64,000 nucleotides of DNA from Monocercomonoides exilis PA203 (Eukaryota > Protista > Preaxostyla): assembly GCA_001643675.2 (NCBI GenBank), contig LSRY02000048.1, forward strand, positions 124,001-188,000, read 5' to 3'. Made by a program: the position numbers and the translations under genes. Of this stretch, positions 52,932 through 64,000 are shown piece after piece (the stretch's first letter is position 1; each line of letters begins with the position of its first letter). The notes beneath the pieces were generated by a model. That model was not told the DNA's origin. It made no database searches and was given only the letters and a program-made list of their open reading frames with translations.

Positions 52932-53594
52932 ATATCTCAAACAACAATTTTCAAAGGTTATTCTATTGTTGATTATGAATAAATCATACATAATAATGAT
53001 ATTAAAATTGTCATTTTTTTCATCATGTTATTAATTCCACTCTGAACAGCGGATAAGATGGAAGATAAACTTAACGCTGTTTATGAAATAAAGGATTTTA
53101 ATTGTATGGAAGAGAGCAAACTTCGAAAAAGATAATTTGGAAGAGAATGTGAAGAGGCTGGATGAGAGGAATTTTTTGGAATGAAATGCAAGAGGAAAGA
53201 ATGGACGAGATAAAACTGGAAAAGTCTTGTCGATAAGGAAGAAGAAATCGTGAACAGAACCATATTAACCACAATGGCAATTAAAAAGAGTCGGATGGAA
53301 AAGAAGTTTATCATCTGTTTGATTTGATATTCCATGAACTGATGCAAAAGAATAATCGAACAGATTGAAGTGACGATGAAGAACCAATGCGTGAAGATAA
53401 ATTGGTCCAGAACACTTGATCTTTGTTTTGATATAAGACATAGATGAAAAGCTGTGTGTGTTCTGGAGCTGAGATATTGGAAATAGAAAATAGAAGAAAA
53501 GAGAGAAAAGATGGAAGGACAAATTGTGGGCTGTTGGAAACAAACCTGAGGCCAGGATAGCCCTTTCGAAACAAGCAGAAAAGAAAAGAAGGTA

Positions 53595-54044
53595 CAGTCA
53601 AAACCGGATATAATCACATCGAATACAATCACATTCGATTATAGTCACATTTTTCCATGCACCGACATTTTTGGCCTATTTTTCATTCATTTTCCATCGA
53701 ATATAATCACAGGGATGAAAATATATAATCACATTTTAAATTATAATGGGTGATTTTTTCAATGAAAAATCGGTTTTTTGATCAAAATTTTCTAAAAAAT
53801 CGATTTTTCAAAATAATGTTAAAATAAGTCTGAATAACATAATAAAACAATAAAAATTGTTATTTCTATTGAAAAATGTGTATTTGTCAAGTTTTTTCAA
53901 AAATAAAAAAATGACCCAGAATTAATTATTTCTAAAATAAAATTTCATTTTTTTCTGTGTTAAGTCACATCGCTTATAATCACAATCGGATATAATCACA
54001 AAAAGTCCTGCAAAAACCGATGTGATTATATCCGGTTTTGACTG
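53595..54044 (+). mobile_element. pogo/Tigger-type MITE, 450 bp
   Basis: Perfect 27-bp TIR CAGTCAAAACCGGATATAATCACATCG; TA TSD; repeated internal ATAATCACA motifs. Confidence 0.95.
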
Positions 54045-54949
54045 TACTGGATGAACATACTCCCCATGAAGTGGTGGCGACTGAAGGCGCTGACGCAACA
54101 GGAAACAGAGGCTGGAGGGCTTGGCTTTTGGAAATACGAGGAAATGTGATGGAGACGGAGATAGAGAATTTTGAAACAACACAGTATAATTGTGCGAGAA
54201 GAGAAGAAGAAAGAAGAGGAGGACGATCGAAAAAGGTTAAGAAAAAGAGGCATTTGATATATGGAATACAGAAAAAAAACAAGGTGACTTTGTTAGTTTG
54301 TTAATACTTTTTAGTCATTAATAATAAAATATCCAGATTCTGTCATCTTGGTTTTTTTATATTTTTAATTTCATTGTCAACTTTTTTCAAATCTTCAATA
54401 ACAATTCATTTATGTTATTTCTTTTATTCTTTAACAATGCTTTCTTATTTTTATCCAGGTTTCTGTGTAGCGTATAAAGACAAAACAAAAAACACAGAAG
54501 AAACAGGGTGTAAAAATCCCCTTTAAAACAAGATAGATAGATAAACGCTTTTACAAAGGCTCTGAGTTGAATTATAGAGAATCACCTCATATTGAAAACT
54601 TTTAATCCAACATTTCACCATTTTTGAAGAAATTTTTATTAAAGAGATAAAAAAAAAGTTCAATGAATGTGTTTGTTTTTAAAAAAATTTTATGAAAAAA
54701 AAACGATGTGTCTAGAAAAAAACTTTTTTCCATGGAGGAGGAATGGCACGCAGCTTTTTCTGAAGTGTGAAATTCGATTTTTTGGGTGGAACAGCTGTGA
54801 ACTGCTGAGTTGTTTGGTAAATCTGGCTGTTCCTGACTTGAAAAAAAATTTGTAATTCCTCCTTCTTCATTCTGCGTCTACAAAATGTTGAAGCAATATG
54901 TGTTTGTGTATTTGTGTGGTCTCTATTTCTTTTCATTTTATTATCTTTT

Positions 54950-56000
54950 TACTACAGGTGTGATAGAGGTCTGCCATTTGGTTTGCCTCTTGAAGGAACC
55001 GTTAATGTGTTGCACAATCTGTATTTCTATTTTTTTCCGTATTCTCTTTCTCAACAGTGTGAAGCTGGAGATGTTTCGCCACAGAAAAATTTTTCGATTA
55101 TCCGGGTGCATGGGTTTGCAAAAACAGCGGAGAAGGGGATGGGGGCAATGAAAATTGTGATTGTGAGGGGTGCAGTGTAGAGACGAGGGGCTGCAGCAGA
55201 ATTTTGTTTTTTCATCTCAATGGCAGTTATTGGCTGTTGTGGCAGCTCCAGCGCAAATACGAATGATTTTGTTGGATGCTCATCTTCAGACCAAAGATTT
55301 GCCGTTATTTCAGCCAGCAAAAATATTTCGACTCCAACAGATATCACAAACACACCTGGCAAAGAACTTACCATTACGTTGTCCAAGTCGAAGAAAGAGA
55401 GAATTCGTCCCAATCACACTAACTGTCTTCCCTTTCCCAACAAGAGAAATCTTCTTTTCCCCAACACTGATCGTCGCTCCTTCGCTCAAACACTTTCCAC
55501 TTTGCAAATTGATTGCCTAACTCATCTTTGCTATGCTCAAGTCCACCACATGCCCCACTATCTCGCATGGTGCTGATCGATTTTCCCACACAAATCACAA
55601 ATGTCATCTCCACCCACCCCAACATGCCGATCCTTTATCCGCTCCATCAACAATCCCTTCTTTTTCGTGTGCTGATATTACCAGCTGCTCCCAGTATAAT
55701 TACAGGCATCGCACATTCTCTTCTCATCTGTATTCGTTCTGAAACATGCTTTGAACGGATTCTCTGACTCTCAATAAAGGCTGTAATAATCTGCATGTTC
55801 TACATCATGCCCATATAGTGGATAGACCGAACATTTGCATCATTGAAGAAGAAGAAATAGCAATAAAGGTTATTGCTCGGAGTTGTTTGATTGTTTGAAT
55901 AGAAAAACAATACTCCACCTCTTGTTAATGCATTGAACGAAATATGCTGAAAGTTCCTCTTTTTGAATTGTGTGGAAGGAACTGAAGCACAACACACACC
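54950..56000 (-). pseudogene. relic of a second Gly/Cys-rich surface protein family
   Basis: SEGATISVGEKKISLVGKGKTVSVIGTNSL, SSLPGVFVISVG, TRGGVLFF..YCYFFFF; frameshifted. Confidence 0.65.
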
Positions 56001-56523
56001 TCAACAAAATCTATTTGAAAGAGAGAATAAAGTGAATAAGCACTCAAACACTTAAGTTCTTCCTCCACTAAAACTGTCATTTCCTATTCTGTAAAATCAA
56101 AAAACTGAATAAAAAATATTTAACAGTTTGATAGTAAAATTTAAACTATTTTGAACAATTGTTCATAAATCTTCAATCCATCGTTGTGTTATATAATATT
56201 TATCACATGATTTCATTAAAGGTTCCTATGAAAACAATAAATGCACGAATAAAATATTTTTGTGAAAAGAACAGCATACGAATAGTTTTTTAACATTATC
56301 AGATAACATTAGATAAATAAAAATGATTTAAACAAAAATCACACAAACGAAATTAATGGAAAAAATTTGCAGAGTCAAAAATAGAATTTTTTATTCTTTG
56401 CGATCTGTTAGAAAATATTATGGGTTGAGGAAAAATAATAAAAATATCAAGTTTTTGATGGAAGAATTTCAGCTTTTTCCACCAGATGTTTGTTTGCAAT
56501 AATTATAAATATTAATTATAAGC

Positions 56524-57899
56524 GAGGATTTTTATAGGCACCAGTTTTTTTATTGGCACCAAAAATTATTTTCATTATCTTCATTTCATTAAAGCTCATA
56601 AATCTGTTTCATTACATAAGAACAATAAACATATTAAAATTAAGCTATACGTCAAATATTTTTTTCAAAAAACTTTCTCAGAAAAACGATCTAATAATAT
56701 TTAACTTTTATATTTCGATCAATGTTTTGCTCGTATTTTCTTGACTGATTGCAGTTGCGAGTTTTTATCACGGAATTCGCAAAAACAACTGTATTTTGCG
56801 TATTTGTTACTTATTCGTTATATTTTGAACCATTTATTTAAGTGTATTTTTGCATTTCACCATTTTTGTTAAAACACACAAAATCAAGTGAATGGATATG
56901 TTTTGTAAAAAAAGAGCAAAATATATCGGAAAAATAATCTTTTTTGTATATTCTGCATGTTTTGAAAATAAACTTTAATTCAAAATTAAAAAGAAATCAA
57001 AGGATCATATTTTTTAAAGAATTGCATTTATTTAAGTAATGACAAATTGGTAGTTATCCAATATCAATAATTTGTTGTTAAAAAAACTTATTAAATATAA
57101 TACACTTCATGTAAATCGATAAAACATATACATTCACTTGATTTTGTGTGTTTTAACAAAAATGGTGAAATGCAAAAATACACTTAAATACAGATATCGC
57201 ATAAAATACCGGACATCGCACAAAATACCGGACAAGATCGATTTCACAATAACCGCAAGAGGAAAAATTCTATAAATTTTCTTCAAAATGGATCTCATCA
57301 ATACAAACTCACTTGACATACAAGACTTTTAAAATCGCTTCATTTGTGCTCAGAAAAAATTATAATTTAATTCTCGGAGAAATAGGATTTTGAGTTTCTC
57401 CGAGATTTTAAAAATTATTTTCTCTGAGCACAAATGAAGCGATTTTAAAAGTCTTGTATGTCAAGTGAGTTTGTATTGATGAGATCTATTTTGAAGAAAA
57501 TTTATAGAATTTTTCCTCTTGCGGTTATTGTGAAATCGATCTTGTCCGGTATTTTGTGCGATGTCTGGTATTTTATGCGATATATGTAAATGGTTCAAAA
57601 TATAACGAATAAGTAACAAATACGCAAAATACAGTTGTTTTTGCGAATTCCGTGATAAAAACTCGCAACTGCAATCAGTCAAGAAAATACGAGCAAAACA
57701 TTGATCGAAATATAAAAGTTAAATATTATTAGATCGTTTTTCTGAGAAAGTTTTTTGAAAAAAATATTTGACGTATAGCTTAATTTTAATATGTTTATTG
57801 TTCTTATGTAATGAAACAGATTTATGAGCTTTAATGAAATGAAGATAATGAAAATAATTTTTGGTGCCAATAAAAAAACTGGTGCCTATAAAAATACTC
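56524..57899. mobile_element. foldback element with 381-bp near-perfect TIRs (978 bp without the nested MITE)
   Basis: Arms 56524-56904 and 57121-57899 (minus the insert), 216-bp spacer; terminal doublet TTTAT(A/T)GGCACCA; no TSD found. Confidence 0.88.
57191..57586. mobile_element. palindromic TA-target MITE, 396 bp, nested in the foldback TIR
   Basis: Same family as 8250-8652; the opposite arm preserves the empty site, showing TA duplication. Confidence 0.95.
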
Positions 57900-58632
57900 A
57901 CATATATAAATGAAAAATTTTTGAAATGCCTTTCCAAACTGTAACAAAAAAGAACTATACCAAGAAGTAACGGATGTGCAAACTAAAAAATCAATGAACG
58001 CTCATCGTTGGTTGAACTCAAAAAGGTGTCTGTTCACTTTGTGATTTCTGGCAAAAAAAGTCACAATTTGTCTATTTTTTTATGTAAATTTTTTTCGTCA
58101 AATTTTCAAATAAAGAAAAAATTTCATATTTTAATCAAATTTCAATTCTCACTCACAAAAATTCACAAAGGTGGAAATAATTTCTTTGTCAATATTTTAT
58201 TTTCTTGACAGGGAAATCAGGTGAGCGGGAACAGAAATTTGATCGAAAAATGAAATTTTCATTTTATTTGAAAGTCAAATAAAAGGAACTTTATAAAATA
58301 ATTTAGACATGTTTATAAAAAACATTTCGTTTTATGGATGTAAGTTATTGAATCTTACATTTTCAAATCAAATATTTATCACTTTTATCAGAGCGAAAAC
58401 AATGTTTCTGTATTGATTTCAATTTGCACAATAAAAATGAATGATTAACAAATTCTTATTAAAAACAGCACTTCACACTTCTTCGTGATGTGAAGATGAT
58501 GCGTATTGATAATTAAAGTTGATAAGGGTAATTATATTTGAATTCTATTTTTTTAATTCAAAAATAACGATTTGAGAATTCACTTTGAAATCTGACATAT
58601 TTACACTGAAAAGTTTTTTTTTTGAAAAGATA

Positions 58633-59602
58633 CACCAAAAATAATTCAAATTCGAAAAAGAATAATTCAATTTCGTAATTAATTAATTCGATTTCGAAAA
58701 AGAATAATTCAATTTCGAAATGTGAATTTTTTTGATTTGTGGAATGAATAACTTGTGTTTGGGGTTATTAATTCAATTAATTTTTATCTCATCAGTAAAT
58801 TTTGTTTATCAATATGGGACAAAATATTTGACTTCAAGCATATTCATTGAAAAACTATGCACTTTTCATTAACTTTTTGCTATCAAAAAATATGAATTAA
58901 ATGTGTTCATTTTTTGAAAAATATTTGCGATCACAAAATTTATTGTTGTTGTATGTTTAGCATCTTTTCGCATATTGGAAAATCTTATTTATTTTTAAAT
59001 CTGATAAAGTTTAAAAATGTTTCAAGTGAAACAATTTTTTCACGCTTAGTGCATGAAAAGCTTGAAAGTCCATATTTTCCCCCATATTTGAAAAATGATG
59101 CATTTTCATTCAAAAATTCTCTTTTATTTTGAATGAAGATTTATTGATTGAAGTAAATTTGAAAAGGAAATAAATACATTTTTATGTTTAAAACCGATAT
59201 TATTCAAAAATTTGCCAATGAAACAATTCCATTATTGTGAAGAAATAATTCAATAATCGTGATTAAATTTTTTCAATTTTTATTTGGTTATTCAATAGAA
59301 TAAATTTTTATTAAATTATTATTATTTGAGTGATGATTTTCGAAAATGAAAAAAAACAAAAAATTGATTTATTGATTGTTGCAATTAAAAAACAGTTTTC
59401 TTTGAGTAATAAAATTTGATTGGTTAAAAAATAACTTGAACTATTCTGAAATCCATTCTCGAGAAATATTAAAAATTTCAGTTTATTAAGAATTACGAAA
59501 TTGAAATAATCATTTTCGAAATAGAATTATTCTTTTTCGAAATCGAATTAATAAATTACGAAATTGAATTATTTTTTTTTCGAATTAGAATTATTTTTGG
59601 TG
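58633..59602. mobile_element. 970-bp CAC...GTG element with about 90-bp repetitive TIRs and TA TSD
   Basis: CACCAAAAATAATTC/GAATTATTTTTGGTG ends with tandem AATTCAATTTCG subrepeats; superfamily uncertain (CMC/EnSpm-like or mariner-like). Confidence 0.8.
58816..59083 (+). mobile_element. MITE family C, 268 bp (nested)
   Basis: GGGACAAAATATTTGAC...GTCCATATTTTCCCCC; TSD ATAT. Confidence 0.85.
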
Positions 59603-59665
59603 TAATTTTGTTGAAAATAATATCAAACATTATAATTTTCAACATTATTATACGTTTTTTTTAAT

Positions 59666-59933
59666 GGGGAAAAATACGGACTTTCAAGCTTTTTTTGCTC
59701 AAAGCATTGAAAAATTGCTTTTCTCATAACTTTATTTCACTTTCTCAGATTTCAAAAAAAATTTGATTTTTTTATCCGTAAACAGGAATCGTAGAAATCA
59801 AAACATAAAGTTTTCCAACATATTACGAGTGTCAAAAAATGGACAGTTTTTTATTGTGTTTTTTGATCAAAAAAAGTCAATGAAAAGTTGATAATTTTTC
59901 TGTGAAAATGCCTGATGCAAAATATTTTGCCCC
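59666..59933 (-). mobile_element. MITE family C, 268 bp, inverted (nested)
   Basis: GGGGAAAAATACGGACTTTCAAGC...AATATTTTGCCCC; flanks TAAT/AAAT. Confidence 0.78.
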
Positions 59934-60570
59934 AAATGAATAATTTCTTTTTGACGAAACAAAACCTTAGAAGAATCAAAGCTCCGAAAAAAGTTATGAT
60001 TTCATAAATAATCACCCATAAGTTTCCAATCTTGAAAAAATGTTTGGTACCGTAGAATGGGGGAAATGAGAAAAAAACAGACACAATGGGAAATATATAT
60101 ATATATATATTTTGTTTGTTTGCAATTTATTATTCATTCCAAAAAGGAAAGAATTGAAGGATTAAAGAAATCAATAAAAAAATATTGCAACAAAATTTGA
60201 TTCGTTTATTTGAAAAAATTCATTACATGTCCTTATTTTCTCCCTTATGAAAAATGTTGGAGAACTGCTTTCTATTCAGTTAAATTGAAAAGCATTTTTT
60301 CTTCAGATGGAAGCAAATAATACAGGGATAAAATCCATATTTGAATAAGAGTGATAAAAAAATCGATAAAAATATACTTAACAAAATAAGAATTAAACTG
60401 TTGGAAATACATATTTGTGATGCATGAAGTAATTACTTATTTTTAAGCTCATGTGCACTGCTTTCGTATTTTGAGCGGGTTTTTTCCCTAACAATAATAT
60501 TTTATATAAAAGCGAAATATTTTAGATACCATTTCTCTACAAAAAAATTGCAATTCACAATTGTTTATTA

Positions 60571-63500
60571 TAACCCTGGGTGACGCACTGACCATTGACG
60601 TGGACCTTTCGATCCCTGACTGACGTGAAAATATTTTTCACGTCAGTCAATAATCTTTGTTAAATTGAATTTTGATTTCGAACTTAAAAACGTTAATAAT
60701 AAAGGATTCTTTTTTCAGTGAGCTTGTTTAATCATTTTTTTATTTTTATTTTATTCTCAAATCAAAAATACCATAATGTGATTTTCACTGACGAAATAGT
60801 CAAGATCGGAATTTTGAAACTTATTTGACGTCAGTGACGTCACGTCAGGTCACTCAAAATGTTGGGGTTAGATGAAGATCAGGAACAAGAAAAATTACCG
60901 AAGGAATTGCTCGGATGTTTAAGTAATGCTTTTGTTGTATGTTCCATTTCCATTTTATTTCTTTAAAAAAACAAACTGTTTTTTCACTAAAGAAAGATAT
61001 GTACGAAAAAACAAGAAAGAAGTTGAATGATGCAGGCTGTCAATTTGTGAAATTACAAAAACACTGCGAAACGAAATATGGACCAGGTTTTTGTTCTTTT
61101 TTTTAACTTTTATTTTTTTAATTTTTTGTAATTTTTCTTTATGGAAAGTGTATGATCATCCTCGGAAAAAAAATGAATTTCTTTCTCGAATTTCGTTTGA
61201 AATCATAGGAGAATCATTATGGATTTCTTTCACTCTTGTTGACGAAAACGGTGTGCCAAAAAAAGATTGTCATAGGAACTATTTATGTCCAAATGCTAAG
61301 GATGGATTAGCTTGTGGAATATCAGGAAGAAGAAGTTACTCGTTGGTGGTGAACCACAACTGTGAATTTCTAAAATACAGAAATATTGCACGATACCAAA
61401 AGATTCCAGATCAGAAATCATCTTTCAATGAAACTAGATTTTTTCCTAAAATTGATGGACCTTTTGATGCACAAGAATTACAAAAACAGTTTATATCTTT
61501 GATATGTCGATGCAATTCATCATTTTTATCATCGTCTTCAAAAGAAATGAATACATTTATTTCTTCATTAATTAGAGCTGGACAAAGCAACCCATCACTA
61601 TCATCGGAATCAATATTCCCATATTTGACACGCAAGAAAATCGCCCACATGGTTCTCAAAGAAAAATTCAGAGTGGTGAAGGATAAAGAGTCGACAATTA
61701 GAAACAGTGGGGTGTGTGTAATGCTTGATGGAGCTTCAGTCGCCAATAGAAAGATCATTGTGATGACAGTTTCTAAATTATCCGTTGAAAGCAGGCCACT
61801 ATTTTGGGGACTATTTCAACCTTGTGGAATTGTCAACGAGTTCAACAACCTTATTAATAACCTGATAAATGAATTCAGCAAATTTAACGCAATTATCAGA
61901 AGTTTTTGTACAGATGGCTTTTCTTCTCAAATTCGAGCTATCGAGAATTTCACAAGCCAGGAAAGCAATGCAGATTCAATTGAAAAAAAAAGTCAGAGTT
62001 TTATTCCTTTTCATATTTACTGCTGCAATCACTTGACAAATTTGGTAATCACAAATTTATTTACAAAAGTTCCATTTCTATTTGATCTCAAAACAAGAAT
62101 GCTAAATTTTACTCAAAAAGCCCATACTCAGCCAATCAAAAACATTCTCAAGAAACATGCCCCAACGTTTATCACAACAAGATGGAATTCGTTGTTCGAA
62201 ATAGCTTCGTTCATCAGGAAAAAGAATCAAATCATTCAAAAGGAAAATTTATTGGACACGGATAGCCTTGTGAATATCATCAAAGCAGAAGTGTTCTTAT
62301 TCCCTTTTCATTTGCTTCATATGAATTTTGAAAATGACAGCACCAAGTTGAGTCAAGTTTTCCCAATTTTGTTAAGAGCTTTTGAGTTTTTTTTCTATAT
62401 TTTAAATTTGGAGCAATTCAAAGAAGAAAAATGGAGAAACTCAATTGTGAACTCACTTATATTGATGCATAATTATTTTTTAGTAGGAACGCGTGGTGAA
62501 TATATTGCGCTTTCATATGCTGTAACCCCAATTGGCGTTCAATTGGTTCGAAAACAACTCTTTCCTCTCAGAAACTTTTCAACACCATCGTTCTTTGAAA
62601 AAGAAGCTGAAATCTCTTGTCTATCCTCTTCAACAAATTCTTCAGTCTTCAGACACATGGCTTCATCATTATTTCATCCTTTGCCTTATCCAGTCGACTT
62701 AAATGCAAAAGAGTTTTTAAAATTATTTATTTTAATTCCTTTAACTTAAATTTTTAATATTTGTTATGAATTTTTGAAAACCCAGGATGAATTATAGACC
62801 CCAATCCCAGGCTTCATTTTTAAATAAATCCAAAAGTCAATCAGGTTTGATATCATTTTTATGTGTTTATCTTTTGTATTGAGTGCTGATTCATTTTTAT
62901 ATGTTAATTGAAGAAAAAAATGAATTGAACGATATTCTTTTGTTGATTCAGCAACTGGAAGAAACTGATCAAGAAACATATGGAAAGAGAAATGAAAAGA
63001 AGCTAGTTATTGGAGAAGAAGATGAAGAAAGCGACGAATTTGGATTATTAGAAGCGGAAGAAAATTCAGTTAACGATATGTATGATTTTTTATTTGAACA
63101 ACAAATCCCAAGCCAAACTCAAATCCGGGAAGATAATGAAATATCCACAACGTCTGAAATTTCTTCAAATTCAAGCAACTCAAATTCTTCGACACCAACA
63201 CTTGTGGATCTGAATTTAAATTCTTCAGCGAGTCTTTGTTCACATGAAACGATGAATGAATCACAAAGAGAACTGATGGATATTGATGGAGTCCTTGAAG
63301 ATAATCAGAAGGATGAAACAACATGTTTGGAAGATGACATTCACGGTCACTATCATTGTTCTTTTGAAGGACATCAGTCAGAATTAGAAGGAGAAGGTGA
63401 TTTCGATATTGAAGAATTGTTTTCGACTGGTAAATTACCTATTATTACAGAATTCAATGAAGAAAAAGAAACACAAAGCATGAAACAGATAGAGAACACG

Positions 63501-64000
63501 TTGTTTGTTGATTGGTTTCCTAGGCTTGACGCATATTTTTCGAAATATGCAAAAAAAGTTTTAGGAGACATGGAAAAGGAATACTCAGAAGGTTGCAAGC
63601 TGCTGTTTGAAAGGCAGATGAGATCAAAGCCGGATGATATATTTGAAAATAACCCCGAAATTTATTACCAAGTGCTGGCAGCATATGGAAATATTCAAAC
63701 AGTTTATTCTGGATTGTGCCTTTCGTTAATTGTTTCTCCCTGCAGTGAAGCCAGCTGTGAACGAGTTATTTCCAGAACTAAAAACATAATCGGAGATCAA
63801 AGATATTCTTTTAACATGCAAACACTTGAAGCAATCCTTCACATTTGAATTATTTTAGTTTTTGTGTCATTTTTTCTCCATTTCAATACTGTTTTCACTT
63901 CGAACAAAGCCTTTCTAAAAATCACACTTGTTCATTGTTCTTTATAAATATTTCAATTGAAACATTTCAATTAATTTTAATTTTGAATCATCCACAGGAA
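60571..64000 (+). mobile_element. hAT transposon, left end in window, right end presumably beyond it
   Basis: Candidate left TIR TAACCCTGGGTGAC (10/14 identical to the Pack-hAT TIR), TGAC-rich subterminal region with a 33-bp palindrome at 60617-60649, then the transposase. Confidence 0.7.
60859..63848 (+). CDS. hAT-family transposase, apparently intact, about 905 aa, 5 exons
   Basis: Exons 60859-60936, 60993-61086, 61149-62712, 62798(or 62786)-62844 and 62914-63848 join in frame via GT-AG introns; motifs VMLDG, FCTDG, CCNH, TRWNS, SEASCERVIS. Confidence 0.85.

Larger units (their letters stand above)
58526..60017. mobile_element. MITE family A expanded by nested insertions
   Basis: GGGTAATTATATTTGAA...TTCATAAATAATCACCC; TSD ATAA (58522-58525, 60018-60021); 248 bp after removing the two inserts. 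Confidence 0.75.

Noticed and set aside
56553-57870. Duplicated 63-aa ORF (MAPKIIF...) as a gene pair
   Set aside because: A by-product of the foldback TIRs; TTG start, low-complexity AT-rich codons.
58633-58722. CRISPR-like repeat array
   Set aside because: Short irregular subterminal repeats mirrored at 59490-59602, no unique spacers, eukaryotic context.
60571-60870. piggyBac-like MITE (TAACCC...GGGTTA)
   Set aside because: No TTAA TSD; the right 'end' lies in exon 1 of the hAT transposase and the left end fits a hAT TIR.
1-64000. TnpB/Fanzor, reverse transcriptase or Helitron Rep/helicase genes
   Set aside because: No RuvC/zinc-finger, YxDD or helicase motifs were recognised in any frame.

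Overview
AT-rich, intron-containing eukaryotic DNA using the standard genetic code, most likely an oxymonad protist genome. From memory the host-gene relics resemble the expanded hypothetical families of Monocercomonoides; this needs a BLAST check. The window is essentially a DNA-transposon graveyard. It holds three pogo/Fot-like (DDE_1) transposase relics, three Merlin (IS1595/ISXO2-type) genes, a head-to-tail triplet of PIF/Harbinger/ISL2EU-like (DDE_Tnp_4) genes with an unusually short DD30E spacing, and probable MULE and Kolobok-like relics. One Merlin has intact TIRs and an 8-bp TSD. There is also an apparently intact 5-exon hAT transposase (about 905 aa) and a 3.1-kb TIR/TSD-bounded hAT derivative that carries a captured host gene ('Pack-hAT'). 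About 17 MITE/foldback elements could be delimited, most by TIR plus TSD, including a clan of 240-268 bp GGG...CCC MITEs with 4-bp TSDs and several nested insertions. Host content is one tRNA-Phe(GAA) and many decayed copies of large Gly/Cys-rich beta-helix-like surface-protein genes. A perfect 594-bp inverted duplication sits at 27.2-28.5 kb. No retroelement, CRISPR array or TnpB/Fanzor was recognised.
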